A stretch of DNA of 61,874 nucleotides from Synergistaceae bacterium (GTDB lineage: Bacteria; Synergistota; Synergistia; Synergistales; Aminobacteriaceae): contig JAFSJO010000045.1 of the NCBI GenBank assembly GCA_017449415.1, positions 1 to 61,874 of the forward strand, written 5' to 3'. Shown here piece after piece: positions 9,167 to 18,686 of the stretch. Every line of letters begins with the position of its first letter. The first letter of the stretch is position 1. The notes beneath the pieces were generated by a model that searched no databases, had not been told where the DNA came from, and saw nothing but the letters and a program-made list of their open reading frames with translations. The position numbers and the translations under genes are program-made.

Positions 9167-9811
9167 ATGTTTAAGCGCAGTTTAGTTTTGGTCTTGGCGA
9201 TCGCCTTGGCGGTCTCGTTGGCTTCGGTGGCTCTGGCTCACCCGGGCAAGCTCGACGCGAACGGCGGACACTTCGACAAGGAGACGGGCGAGTATCACTA
9301 TCACAAAGGCCCCAACGCACTCCAGAGCCTCGAGATCCGACGCAACACCGTCTACAAGGCCAAGATCGAGAGAGTTGTCGATGGCGATACTGCGATCGTC
9401 TCGTTCGTCTTCGATGACGGGAGCAAATACACCAAAGAGCGCGTCAGGTTTATTGGTGTCAACACCCCCGAGACCGTTCACCCGAACAAGCCCGTCGAGT
9501 ATTACGGCAAGGAAGCCAGCAACTTCACAAAGAAAGAGCTGACTGACAAGACCGTGTGGCTTCAGACTGATGTCGAAGTCAAAGACCGCTACGGGCGCAT
9601 GTTGGCCTACGTGTGGATGAGTGAGCCGACGAAAGACGATCTCGATAACGAGGACGCGATCCGCGAGAACATGTTCAACGCGAAATTATTGTTGGACGGC
9701 TACGCGCAGCTCATGACCGTACAGCCGAACTCACGCTATTCAAATCTGTTCGTACACTTCCAGAGGGAAGCCCGTCAGGAAAATCGCGGACTTTGGGGCA
9801 GTGAGGAGTGA
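9167..9811 (+). CDS. Secreted thermonuclease (SNase-like) with an N-terminal YHYH motif
   Basis: 214 aa with a signal peptide. It has HPGKLDANGGHFDKETGEYHYHKG and the SNase motifs VVDGDT, RFIGVNTPE, YGRMLAYV and GLW. Confidence 0.8.
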   Translation: MFKRSLVLVLAIALAVSLASVALAHPGKLDANGGHFDKETGEYHYHKGPNALQSLEIRRNTVYKAKIERVVDGDTAIVSFVFDDGSKYTKERVRFIGVNTPETVHPNKPVEYYGKEASNFTKKELTDKTVWLQTDVEVKDRYGRMLAYVWMSEPTKDDLDNEDAIRENMFNAKLLLDGYAQLMTVQPNSRYSNLFVHFQREARQENRGLWGSEE

Positions 9812-9814
9812 GGG
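9801..9814 (+). repeat. Heptamer pair (GTGAGGA)(GTGAGGG) at the nuclease / PP2C gene junction
   Basis: In gcaGTGAGGAGTGAGGGataag, the TGA stop of the nuclease (9809-9811) and the GTG start of the next gene (9808) both lie inside the repeat. Confidence 0.5.
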
Positions 9815-11553
9815 ATAAGAGTATCCTTACTCAGACGGCTTTAATCATCGCCGTGCTTTTCTGTGCCGCTGTTGCCACAAACGGACTCGCGATCTATCAC
9901 AGCGGCTCAGATCTTTATATGTCGGGACTCATTGCCAACAAGCGCAGGCTGACGCATTACGTCGAGAACATGATGAGCAGTTACGCCTCCATCGAGTGGC
10001 TTCTCGATTACTGGCTGGAGAATTACGAAATGATCGACACTGCCAGAGACTTCGGCGACATGCGCAAGTACAATCAGATCCCCTACGACTTTCTAATCAA
10101 TCGAAAGATCATCACGCCCCCCGAAATCGAAAATAATTTGTTGCCCGAGCAGCAGCTGCTCTTCGCTGAGTATTGCTATCGAGAGATCATGACGGAGTAC
10201 GACGAGATCAAGACGATGCTCCAGCCCAATATCCTGTATTGCGTCAGGCCGCTCGAAACTGAAATTAATTCCGCGTTCGTGTTCTTCAACGCCGTGGATA
10301 GGAACATCAACGACGAGTTCATCAAGGAGCAACTCGGGACGATATGGTCTCTTGACATGTCGAAGCACCCAGTCATACGCGACATGTACACGACGGGGCA
10401 GGAGAGCGACGAGTTCGAGCACGTAACCGTCAAGACGCAAGAGATTTTGTACGGCTACATGCCGCTGATCGTTCACGGGAAGATACTTTGCCACATCACG
10501 GCCGCCTTCTTGTGGGACGATGTCCGCAACGCAATCTATGACAGCCTCGTGTCGGTCGAGCTAAAGAATGCGCTCTTGTTGGTCGCGGCGGGGATCATAT
10601 TGACAGCTCTTCTCTACGTCGTGATGCTGAAGCCGCTTGCCAAGGTTCAAAGCAGCGTGAGGGAGTTCACGAGACGAAAGGACAGTGCCTCGATCGTCGA
10701 TGAGCTTGAAACTATCACGTCGCGCAACGAGATCGGGAGGTTGGCTGACGATGTCTCACTGCTCGCTGTAACTCTCGAACAATACAACGAGGAAGCCACG
10801 CGACTGTCCGCCGAGCAAGCTCGTAACAGCACAGAGCTATCTCTCGCGGCAACGATACAGGAGGGGATCCTGCCCAAGGACTTCCCAACCGTCAAAGAGT
10901 TCTCGCTCTACGCGTCAATGAGACCTGCCAAGGAGGTCGGCGGAGATCTCTACGACTTCTTCATGATTGATGACGATCATATCGCGCTGGTGATCGGCGA
11001 CGTGTCCGGCAAAGGGATTTCGGCGGCTCTGTTCATGATGACGGCCAAGACGACGCTGAAAGACTGCGCACTGTCGGGACACGACACAATACAGAACATC
11101 ATAAGGGAAGTTAATGACAAGCTGTGCGAGGGCAACGAAGCGATGTTATTCGTGACGTTGTGGTTTGGGGTCATGACCGTGTCGACGGGGGAGCTTCATT
11201 ACGTGAACGCGGGACACGAGTACCCGGTGTTGAGACGAAGCGGCGAGGAGTTCAAGATCATCAGCGACATTCACGCCCGACCGCTCGCGATCTTGCCCAA
11301 CCTGACATTCGTAACCGGGAGGCTGACGCTCAACGAGGGCGACACGATATTCCTTTACACTGACGGAGTGATCGAGGCGACTAACAAGCTCGATGAACAA
11401 TTCGGAGAGGGAGGACTCGTCGAGGCTCTTAACGAAGTCCCGGACGGCACCCCCGAGGAGCTTGAGAGCGTCGTGTTGAGGAAGCTGAACGAGTTCACGG
11501 GGACTTCATCACAGTTCGACGATGTAACGATGTTATGTTTGAAGCGCAACTAG
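9808..11553 (+). CDS. SpoIIE/PP2C-family serine phosphatase with an N-terminal sensor region, a TM segment and a HAMP-like linker (RsbU-like)
   Basis: 581 aa with two hydrophobic segments and a HAMP-like region after the second TM. The PP2C motifs GGDLYDF, GDVSGKG and LYTDGV are present. Confidence 0.8.
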   Translation: MRDKSILTQTALIIAVLFCAAVATNGLAIYHSGSDLYMSGLIANKRRLTHYVENMMSSYASIEWLLDYWLENYEMIDTARDFGDMRKYNQIPYDFLINRKIITPPEIENNLLPEQQLLFAEYCYREIMTEYDEIKTMLQPNILYCVRPLETEINSAFVFFNAVDRNINDEFIKEQLGTIWSLDMSKHPVIRDMYTTGQESDEFEHVTVKTQEILYGYMPLIVHGKILCHITAAFLWDDVRNAIYDSLVSVELKNALLLVAAGIILTALLYVVMLKPLAKVQSSVREFTRRKDSASIVDELETITSRNEIGRLADDVSLLAVTLEQYNEEATRLSAEQARNSTELSLAATIQEGILPKDFPTVKEFSLYASMRPAKEVGGDLYDFFMIDDDHIALVIGDVSGKGISAALFMMTAKTTLKDCALSGHDTIQNIIREVNDKLCEGNEAMLFVTLWFGVMTVSTGELHYVNAGHEYPVLRRSGEEFKIISDIHARPLAILPNLTFVTGRLTLNEGDTIFLYTDGVIEATNKLDEQFGEGGLVEALNEVPDGTPEELESVVLRKLNEFTGTSSQFDDVTMLCLKRN

Positions 11554-12266
11554 TCCGGCCTCAGCTCGCGCTCCTGAACGTCTTTCGATGAGGCTTCATC
11601 TGATACAAGTCTTCCATCTCGAAATCTCAAAATTCTTTCGCTCCATGTCGCGATATCCGGCTCGTGAGTTACGAGTATGACGGTCGTACCCTCGTCGTGA
11701 AGAGCCGAAAAGATTTGCATGATCTCGACGCTCGTCTTTGTGTCCAACGCTCCCGTAGGTTCGTCGGCCATCAAGATAGGAGCCTTGCCCACGATCGCGC
11801 GAGCTATTGCGACCCTCTGTTGTTGACCTCCGCTCATCTGAAGCGGCCTGTTGTGGATACGGTCTCCAAGCCCGACGCTTTCAAGAGCCTCTTTGGCCAT
11901 CTTCCGACGCTTCGACGACGGCACGCCGCGATACATCAAAGGCATCTCGACATTTTCAAGAGCGTCAGCTTTCTGAAGGAGGTTATATCCTTGGAACACG
12001 AAGCCGATCTTGTGGTTGCGAATGTCAGCGAGAGCCGCTTTGTTCTGATCCTTTATGCTCACGCCGTCGAGAGTGTACTTGCCCTCCGTCAGGACATCGA
12101 GACAGCCCAGAATGTTCATCATGGTGGACTTGCCCGAGCCGGACGGCCCCATTATGCACACGAACTCGCCCTTGTCTATTGAGCATGACACGCCATCGAG
12201 AGCGCGAAGCTCCACGTCGCCGGTCTTGTATACTTTCACGAGGTTTTCAACTTCGATTATCGCCAT
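11550..12266 (-). CDS. ABC transporter ATP-binding protein (MacB/LolD-like)
   Basis: 238 aa with Walker A GPSGSGKST, the signature MSGGQQQRVAIARA and Walker B ILMADEPTGALD. Confidence 0.9.
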   Translation of the reverse strand: MAIIEVENLVKVYKTGDVELRALDGVSCSIDKGEFVCIMGPSGSGKSTMMNILGCLDVLTEGKYTLDGVSIKDQNKAALADIRNHKIGFVFQGYNLLQKADALENVEMPLMYRGVPSSKRRKMAKEALESVGLGDRIHNRPLQMSGGQQQRVAIARAIVGKAPILMADEPTGALDTKTSVEIMQIFSALHDEGTTVILVTHEPDIATWSERILRFRDGRLVSDEASSKDVQERELRPD

Positions 12267-12268
12267 TG

Positions 12269-13546
12269 CTATTCCCTCACTTCCAACTCGACGGGCAAAT
12301 GTCCCATCGCCTGATCCAAATTCGTCCGCGCGATCTGAGCGTCATACAGTGCCTGATAGAGCGTGTAACGTGAGCTTGCGAGTGTCGAGACAGCGTCGCT
12401 GACCTCCAGCGCAGTTCCTACTCCGACCTCATAGCGGCCTCGTGCGAGAGTCAAATTCTCCTCGGCGTATTGGACGCTCAACTGCGAAGACTTTGCTCGC
12501 TGTGTCGCGTTGGTGAGGGTCAGAGCCGCGCTCCGCAGGTCGTGGGCTATCGTCTGTCGCAAGCTCTCCTCGTCAGCCATGTCCTGATCCAACTGCGCTC
12601 GAGCTGACTCGACTTTCGCCGCCGTCAGTCCGCCGTCATCGACAGGGACGTTGACATTCACAGCGACGGTGTAATCTCTGACTGGTGAAACTCCCTCGTA
12701 CTTTCCCCACTCGCTCCCAACCGAGCCGGTGATCGTCGGAGAGTTCGATCGAGCCGCGGCTTTGATTTCGAGTTCTCTTTGTCTTATCGTGTGAAGTATC
12801 TTTCGATAGTCGGCTCTGTCCGTCATGGCGGTATCCAAGATTTCTTTGATGTCTCCGGCAGGCTTGGGGAGCAGCAGCTCCGTCGAGAGAGCCAAGTCGA
12901 AATCTCCGTAATCGCTCACGCCCATCGCGACCTTCAAGGCTTCCTGCGAGGTCAGAATATCATTCTCGGCCTTTAACACTGACGTTCGAGCTGTCGCTGC
13001 GTCGGCTTCGGCTTTGGTCACGTCGATGAATGAGCTGTTGCCGACCTCATAGATGCCTTTCGCGGTCTCGAGATGTTCTTCGAGGTTAGCGAGTTTCTCG
13101 CGTTCCACGTCCCTGTTAAGAATTTTCAGCACGAGATCATAATAGGCTTTCTTGGCCTCGGCGGCTACGTTGATCTGAGTCTGTCGCTCGCTTTCGAGGA
13201 CCCCGGCTAAGTTTTCGTTTTGGATTTCTAGGTTCAGTTTGTTCACGCCCGTGTCATAGAGAGTCTTCGAGGCTGTGATCCCGAACGTCTGCGAGGTCGA
13301 GCGGCTGTCCCACGTCTGATAATCTCCGGCGAAGCTCGTCCGACCCGTGAGGTTGACCTTGACTCGGTTGGTCGTCTTCGTCTGTTCGATCATCGAGTTA
13401 GCTGCCCGGGTCGCGCCCTTCGACTTTTTCAACGACGGGTGATTAGCCAGAGCCGTATTCAGACACTCTTCGAGCGATAGCCCCGCCGCGCACGCAGACG
13501 ACGCACACAATATCATCATTAACAACGCTGCAATTATTTTTTTCAT
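12269..13546 (-). CDS. TolC-family outer-membrane efflux protein
   Basis: 425 aa with a signal peptide. It has LSLEECLNTALANHPSLK and the two-repeat OEP helical pattern. Confidence 0.85.
   Translation of the reverse strand: MKKIIAALLMMILCASSACAAGLSLEECLNTALANHPSLKKSKGATRAANSMIEQTKTTNRVKVNLTGRTSFAGDYQTWDSRSTSQTFGITASKTLYDTGVNKLNLEIQNENLAGVLESERQTQINVAAEAKKAYYDLVLKILNRDVEREKLANLEEHLETAKGIYEVGNSSFIDVTKAEADAATARTSVLKAENDILTSQEALKVAMGVSDYGDFDLALSTELLLPKPAGDIKEILDTAMTDRADYRKILHTIRQRELEIKAAARSNSPTITGSVGSEWGKYEGVSPVRDYTVAVNVNVPVDDGGLTAAKVESARAQLDQDMADEESLRQTIAHDLRSAALTLTNATQRAKSSQLSVQYAEENLTLARGRYEVGVGTALEVSDAVSTLASSRYTLYQALYDAQIARTNLDQAMGHLPVELEVRE
12274..12287 (-). repeat. Degenerate heptamer pair (GTTGGAA)(GTGAGGG) at the 3' end of the tolC-like gene
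   Basis: The gene ends GTT GGA AGT GAG GGA ATA G in the repeat register, read in frame as ..GAG TTG GAA GTG AGG GAA TAG (..ELEVRE*). Confidence 0.35.
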
Positions 13547-13556
13547 TTCTAGCTCC

Positions 13557-14780
13557 TTATTCCGATCTAAGTGCGACTATAGGGTCGAGGTTGGAGGCTT
13601 TCCACGCGGGCCAAAATCCAAAGAACACGCCGACGGCTGCCGAGAACCCCACGGCGATTACCACGGAGTTCATTGAGACGATCGAGTTGAACGACAGGAA
13701 CGACGACGCGACCGACGAGATCCCCGTGCCCATGATGATGCCGATCACTCCGCCGAGCAGCGACAGCACCACAGCCTCGGTCAGGAACTGCATACGGACG
13801 TTGGACGGCCGCGCACCGATTGCCATTCTGATGCCGATCTCGCGAGTTCGTTCGCTGACTGACACCAACATGATATTCATTATGCCGATGCCGCCGACTA
13901 TCAAGGAGATCGAAGCTATCGCGCCGAGCAGGAGGCTCATGACGTTGGCCATACTCGCGGCGTTCTCGAGCGTCTGTGTCAGGTCTCGAATGTCGAAATC
14001 GTTTTCGACCCCCTCAGTCAGACGATGACGTTGTCTCAGTATCGCGGTTACTTCCTCCTTGGCAGTGTCGAGAAGCTCTCGCGATTTTGCTTGAACGTTC
14101 ACGCGCCTGACAGTGTCGACCCTCGTCCCAAACCTGAATAAACGTCTCTGCGCCGTCGTGATTGGCACCAATATGAAGTCGTCCTGATCATCACCGAACG
14201 AGCTTGCGCCCTTGGCCTTCATGACACCGCAAACTCTAAAGGGAATGTTTCTAATTCTTATGGTGCTGTCTATCGGGTCAGTGTAGCCGAAGAGTTCTTT
14301 CGCGACCGTCGCTCCGATAACGCAGACTTTCGCGCCGCTTCGAACCTCCGAGTCTGAGAAGAAGACCCCCGAGCCGATCTCCCACGTTCGCACCGGCAAT
14401 ATGTCGGGCGTGCAGCCTGTTATACTCGTGCTCCAGTTGCTGTTGCCGAAGATCACCTGCGCCGAGCCGTTGACCTCCGGGGCCGTCCTCAAAACTGAAA
14501 AACATTCGTCAGCTATGGCGGTCGAGTCGTTCAGTGTGAGGTTCATTCCGCTGCCTGCGGCTCCTCTTGCTCCTGTTGTGTTCGGCGGTGCCGGCATGAC
14601 TATTATTAAATTCGCTCCGAAGCCGTCGATCAGTCCCTGCATTTGACTGGAAGCTCCGTTCCCTATCGCGACCATCGTGATGACCGCGCCGACTCCGATT
14701 ATTATTCCGAGCATCGTGAGAATAGAGCGCGTTCTGTTCGCGAGCAGCGACCTTATGGCGGTTCTGAAGATTTCGCTCAT
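13557..14780 (-). CDS. ABC transporter permease (FtsX/MacB type with a periplasmic domain)
   Basis: 407 aa. It has an N-terminal TM, a large periplasmic domain and three C-terminal TMs containing RTREIGIRMAIGA. Confidence 0.85.
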   Translation of the reverse strand: MSEIFRTAIRSLLANRTRSILTMLGIIIGVGAVITMVAIGNGASSQMQGLIDGFGANLIIVMPAPPNTTGARGAAGSGMNLTLNDSTAIADECFSVLRTAPEVNGSAQVIFGNSNWSTSITGCTPDILPVRTWEIGSGVFFSDSEVRSGAKVCVIGATVAKELFGYTDPIDSTIRIRNIPFRVCGVMKAKGASSFGDDQDDFILVPITTAQRRLFRFGTRVDTVRRVNVQAKSRELLDTAKEEVTAILRQRHRLTEGVENDFDIRDLTQTLENAASMANVMSLLLGAIASISLIVGGIGIMNIMLVSVSERTREIGIRMAIGARPSNVRMQFLTEAVVLSLLGGVIGIIMGTGISSVASSFLSFNSIVSMNSVVIAVGFSAAVGVFFGFWPAWKASNLDPIVALRSE

Positions 14781-14872
14781 TGATTTACCTCCGTGACTTT
14801 TCTAATTATTCTATACGACTTTGTGAATTTCTTATGAGGTTTGTATAATTCACGAGAAAGGAGCGAAGAATT

Positions 14873-15589
14873 TTGAGGCTTAACGCTTTTCTATCGTCGT
14901 GTGGTGTCGCGTCGCGTCGAAAGTCCGAGGTCGTAATTCTAGAGGGTCGCGTGCAGGTCAACGGTAAGATCGTTCTTGCGCCGTTCTTTCAAGTCGACCC
15001 GGACAACGACACCGTAACGCTGGACAAAAAAATCGTAAAAATTTCCGAGCACGTCTACTACGTCATCAACAAGCCCGTCGGCTATGTCTGCGCCGTCAGC
15101 GATAAGTATGACCCCGTCGTCGTTGACCTGATCCCGGAGCATCAAGGGCGGCTCTATCCCGTGGGACGGCTCGACCGAGAGAGCGAGGGTCTGTTGATCC
15201 TCACGAACGACGGAGATTTCACTCAAAGCGTCCTGCACCCGTCGAAAGAAATTCACAAAGAATACGAAGCTCTGTTGAACATTCCCATAAACAAAAAGCA
15301 GCTTGAACGTTGGCGAAAAGGTTTCGAGATTGTCGAAGGGCGGCTCGTCAAGCCGATAAATATAAAGGTCATGGAAAAGGAGCCTCGGGATCAATGGATC
15401 TCGATAACGATCGCTGAGGGATTGAAGCGCGAAGTCAGGTTGATGGCTCGGCAGGCCGGCTTTCGAGTTCAAAGGTTAATCAGGCGCAAGATCGGCGAGA
15501 TGACTCTCGAAACATTAAAGCCCGGCGAGTTTGTTCGTTTGTCTTTTTCAGACCTGTACACTAAAATATTCAATGGCGGAGTAGTTTAA
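14873..15589 (+). CDS. Pseudouridine synthase, RsuA/RluB family, with an S4 domain
   Basis: 238 aa with a TTG start 9 nt after GGAG. It has an S4 N-terminus (RLNAFLSSCGVASRR) and the catalytic motif GRLDRESEGLLILTNDG. Confidence 0.85.
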   Translation: MRLNAFLSSCGVASRRKSEVVILEGRVQVNGKIVLAPFFQVDPDNDTVTLDKKIVKISEHVYYVINKPVGYVCAVSDKYDPVVVDLIPEHQGRLYPVGRLDRESEGLLILTNDGDFTQSVLHPSKEIHKEYEALLNIPINKKQLERWRKGFEIVEGRLVKPINIKVMEKEPRDQWISITIAEGLKREVRLMARQAGFRVQRLIRRKIGEMTLETLKPGEFVRLSFSDLYTKIFNGGVV

Positions 15590-15607
15590 TTTTTCATAAA
15601 GGGGGTA

Positions 15608-16504
15608 ATGTCCGTGAGTGAAATTGACGAGAAATCGAGAGAATTAATAAAGACACGAATAATCAGCAAGATGCAGGATATAAAGTCATTCCCACAGTTC
15701 GTCATGGAGACGATGAGAAAGCTGAACGACCCTGAGAGCAATGCGGCGGACGTTGCAAAGAGTCTTTCGCGCGACGAGGGGCTTGTGTTGCGTATTCTGA
15801 AGCTGGCTAACTCGGCGGCATACGGCATGACGCGCAACATTTCAAACATTTCCGAAGCTATTGCGCTGCTGGGATACAAGAGCGTCAGCAACATCATACT
15901 AGCCGCGACTGTATATTCAGCTATGGATAAGGGACTTTCGGGTTACGCGCTCGATCGTGGCGAGCTTTGGCGGCACTCCTTGATGGTGGCGTACACGTCG
16001 CGTTATCTTGCGAAGATCACAGGCAAGGTCGGAACCGAGGACGCTTACGTCGGAGGTCTCCTGCACGATATAGGCAAAGTAATTCTGAATGATTATGTCC
16101 GCTTTGGCTACGGGATAATCGTGAAAATGGTTGAAGAGAAGCATATTCCGTTCACGGAAGCCGAACTTAGAGTCTTGGGCTTTGACCACGCAATGATCGG
16201 CGAGATACTCGTTGAGCGTTGGGACATGCCGGAAGCCTATCGCGTGGCTGTGGCCTATCATCACAAGCCTAATGAGCTGCCGGAGGACAAGAAAGAATTT
16301 CAGCCGCTTCTCGATGTCGTGACGGTCTCGAATACGATCTGCCTCATGCTCGGAATAGGTCTTGGCGCGGACGGCCTGCAGGCTTACATGTTCCCCGAAC
16401 CTTTAGAGAGGCTCGGCATAACGAACTTCGAGAGCCTCTTGGCGGAGATGATTGACTTCGCCGGCAACGTTGCGTCAGACATGGGCGACATGACAGGGCT
16501 ATGA
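15608..16504 (+). CDS. HDOD domain-containing signalling protein
   Basis: 298 aa with LRILKLANSAAYGMTRNISNISEAIALLG and GLLHDIGK. GTG 15614 is an alternative start with better RBS spacing. Confidence 0.75.
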   Translation: MSVSEIDEKSRELIKTRIISKMQDIKSFPQFVMETMRKLNDPESNAADVAKSLSRDEGLVLRILKLANSAAYGMTRNISNISEAIALLGYKSVSNIILAATVYSAMDKGLSGYALDRGELWRHSLMVAYTSRYLAKITGKVGTEDAYVGGLLHDIGKVILNDYVRFGYGIIVKMVEEKHIPFTEAELRVLGFDHAMIGEILVERWDMPEAYRVAVAYHHKPNELPEDKKEFQPLLDVVTVSNTICLMLGIGLGADGLQAYMFPEPLERLGITNFESLLAEMIDFAGNVASDMGDMTGL

Positions 16505-17160
16505 GTTATGTCGTAACGATCGACGGCCCGGCCGGAGCTGGAAAGAGTTCTGTAGCGCGGCGAGTCGCTCACGAGCTTGGAATAAAATATCTCGACACCG
16601 GAGCGATCTATCGAGCCATTGCCCTCATACTCGCGAGGTCGGAGATCGAGCCGGGGAGTGATGAATTTCTTCGCGAGGCTCTCAAAGACATCAAGATCGA
16701 GCTGAAAGAAAACTCCGTGCTTGTGAATGACTTCGATGTCAGCGGCGAGATCCGTACGCCCGAGGTCGATGTGCTTGCTTCGGTTTATTCGGCTGTCCCG
16801 GCTGTGCGCGAGGCTCTCTTGGGGCTTCAAAAGGCGCAAAAGAATTACGGCTCAATCATTGCTGAGGGTCGCGATGTCGGAAGCGTGGTGTTCCCTGACG
16901 CGAAAGTGAAATTTTTTTTGACCGCAAGCCCGGAGGCCAGAGCCAAGCGTCGCTGTCTTGAAAGGGTTTCCAAAGGCCAAGACGCGAATTACGACGAAAT
17001 ATTAAACTCCATCAAACAGCGCGACATCAACGACTCCACGAGGAAGCTCGCGCCATTGAGCGTCCCCGACGGTGCAATTTATTTAGACACTTCAGACATG
17101 ACCGAAGACGAGGTCATTAAATTCATAATTGACAGTGTTAATGAGGCTTTATCAAAATGA
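16501..17160 (+). CDS. cmk: Cytidylate kinase
   Basis: 219 aa with IDGPAGAGKSSVAR and YLDTGAIYRA. An ATGA overlap joins it to the upstream gene. Confidence 0.9.
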   Translation: MSYVVTIDGPAGAGKSSVARRVAHELGIKYLDTGAIYRAIALILARSEIEPGSDEFLREALKDIKIELKENSVLVNDFDVSGEIRTPEVDVLASVYSAVPAVREALLGLQKAQKNYGSIIAEGRDVGSVVFPDAKVKFFLTASPEARAKRRCLERVSKGQDANYDEILNSIKQRDINDSTRKLAPLSVPDGAIYLDTSDMTEDEVIKFIIDSVNEALSK

Positions 17161-17783
17161 GGCAAAACAAAATTTTTTACGCTGTAGTCAAATATCTTTT
17201 CAAATTTCTGCTAAAAATTTACAACAGATGTTCAGCTCACTGGCTCGAAAAATTCAATCCCGACGAAAAATTCATTGTTGCGTGCAATCACGTCAGCAAT
17301 TTGGATCCGCTCGTGGTCGGCTGCTTCTTTCCTCGGCGTTTGAAATATTTTGCGAAAGAGGAATTGTTTCACAACAAACTTTTCGGAGCTTGCATCAGAG
17401 CTTTGGGAGCTGTCCCCGTCTCACGCAACGATAACGCTTCGGCGGCTGGAGCTTTGCGCGGCTTCATGAAGCTGTATCAGGAGGGCAGCGACGTTCTGAT
17501 CTTCCCCGAGGGTGGCCGAAGCCTTGACGGCAAGCTGCAGCCTTTGGAGGGCGGAGTTGCTTTGATCGCGGCTCGGACTCAGGCTCCGATACTCCCGGCT
17601 TTCATAAAGGGTTCGTATGAGGCAATGCCGACTGGCTCGTCAATCGTGAAGCCCAAAAAGATAACATTAACTTTCGGAAAGCCTTTGAGGTTCTCGGAAG
17701 AGGTTTACAAAAGCAAAGAAGGCCGCGGCATCATCATGGCGGAGCTTGAAAAGACTATGAAAGAGCTTGCGGCTCTGAACTAA
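17157..17783 (+). CDS. plsC: 1-acyl-sn-glycerol-3-phosphate acyltransferase
   Basis: 208 aa with the HX4D motif NHVSNLDP and a FPEGGRS motif. Confidence 0.8.
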   Translation: MRQNKIFYAVVKYLFKFLLKIYNRCSAHWLEKFNPDEKFIVACNHVSNLDPLVVGCFFPRRLKYFAKEELFHNKLFGACIRALGAVPVSRNDNASAAGALRGFMKLYQEGSDVLIFPEGGRSLDGKLQPLEGGVALIAARTQAPILPAFIKGSYEAMPTGSSIVKPKKITLTFGKPLRFSEEVYKSKEGRGIIMAELEKTMKELAALN

Positions 17784-17798
17784 GGAGACAATCACAGA

Positions 17799-18686
17799 AT
17801 GTTTCTAAGCATGACGGGGTTCGGCAGCAAATCCTGCGACTTTCCGTGGGGCACTGCCGTTCTTGATGTAAGCTCAACGAACCACAAGTTTCAGGATTTT
17901 TCAATCAAACTTCCTCCAGAGCTGATTTCCCTTGAAAACAGAATGTTGAATATCTTGCGTTCAAAGATTGCACGCGGTAGGGTCAAGGTGTCCGTAACAA
18001 TGACGTGGCTCCCGGGCGCGGAAGTCCCAACGGTTAATGAAGACGCGCTGATGAGCCTGTACAATCAGGTGAAGCGCATAACCAAGCGCAACAGCCTCGA
18101 ATGTCCAAGCGATATTTCAAATCTCCTATTGATACCGGGACTGTTTGAGGCAAGCCACAACGTAGCCGAGCGAGCCGCCGTTGAAAATCCCGAGATATGG
18201 GACGAAATCACCGTCGAAGCTATAGAAGCTCTCATCGAGTCAAAGAGATCCGAGGGTGAGAAAATTAAATCAGCCATCGAAGAAGACGCGAAAGCTCTCG
18301 AAAAGATCCTCGCGGCCATGGCAGAACGTTGGAAGATCGCTCAGAATGACGCGCTAGACTCGATCAGGCTCAGGATTGAAAATGTATTGGAACATTACAA
18401 CCTCGAACTTGACGAGGCTCGAATAGCCGAAGAGGTTGCTTTAGCGTCGGATCGCTGGGACGTTTCCGAAGAGATTACGCGCATGAAGTCTCACATGGAA
18501 AAATTTCATCAGGTCATGGACGCTGAATTTTCATCAGGAAAAAAACTTGACTTTCTGATCCAGGAGATGATAAGGGAGATTAACACAATGGGATCGAAAG
18601 TTGCTGACGCGGAGTTTCGTTGGCTGGTGGTCGAGGCCAAGTCCGCTGTTGAGAAGATGCGCGAGCAGGTTCAAAATGTCGAGTAA
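17799..18686 (+). CDS. yicC: YicC-family stress-induced protein
   Basis: 295 aa starting MTGFG, with a C-terminal EMIREINTMGSK motif typical of YicC. Confidence 0.8.
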   Translation: MFLSMTGFGSKSCDFPWGTAVLDVSSTNHKFQDFSIKLPPELISLENRMLNILRSKIARGRVKVSVTMTWLPGAEVPTVNEDALMSLYNQVKRITKRNSLECPSDISNLLLIPGLFEASHNVAERAAVENPEIWDEITVEAIEALIESKRSEGEKIKSAIEEDAKALEKILAAMAERWKIAQNDALDSIRLRIENVLEHYNLELDEARIAEEVALASDRWDVSEEITRMKSHMEKFHQVMDAEFSSGKKLDFLIQEMIREINTMGSKVADAEFRWLVVEAKSAVEKMREQVQNVE

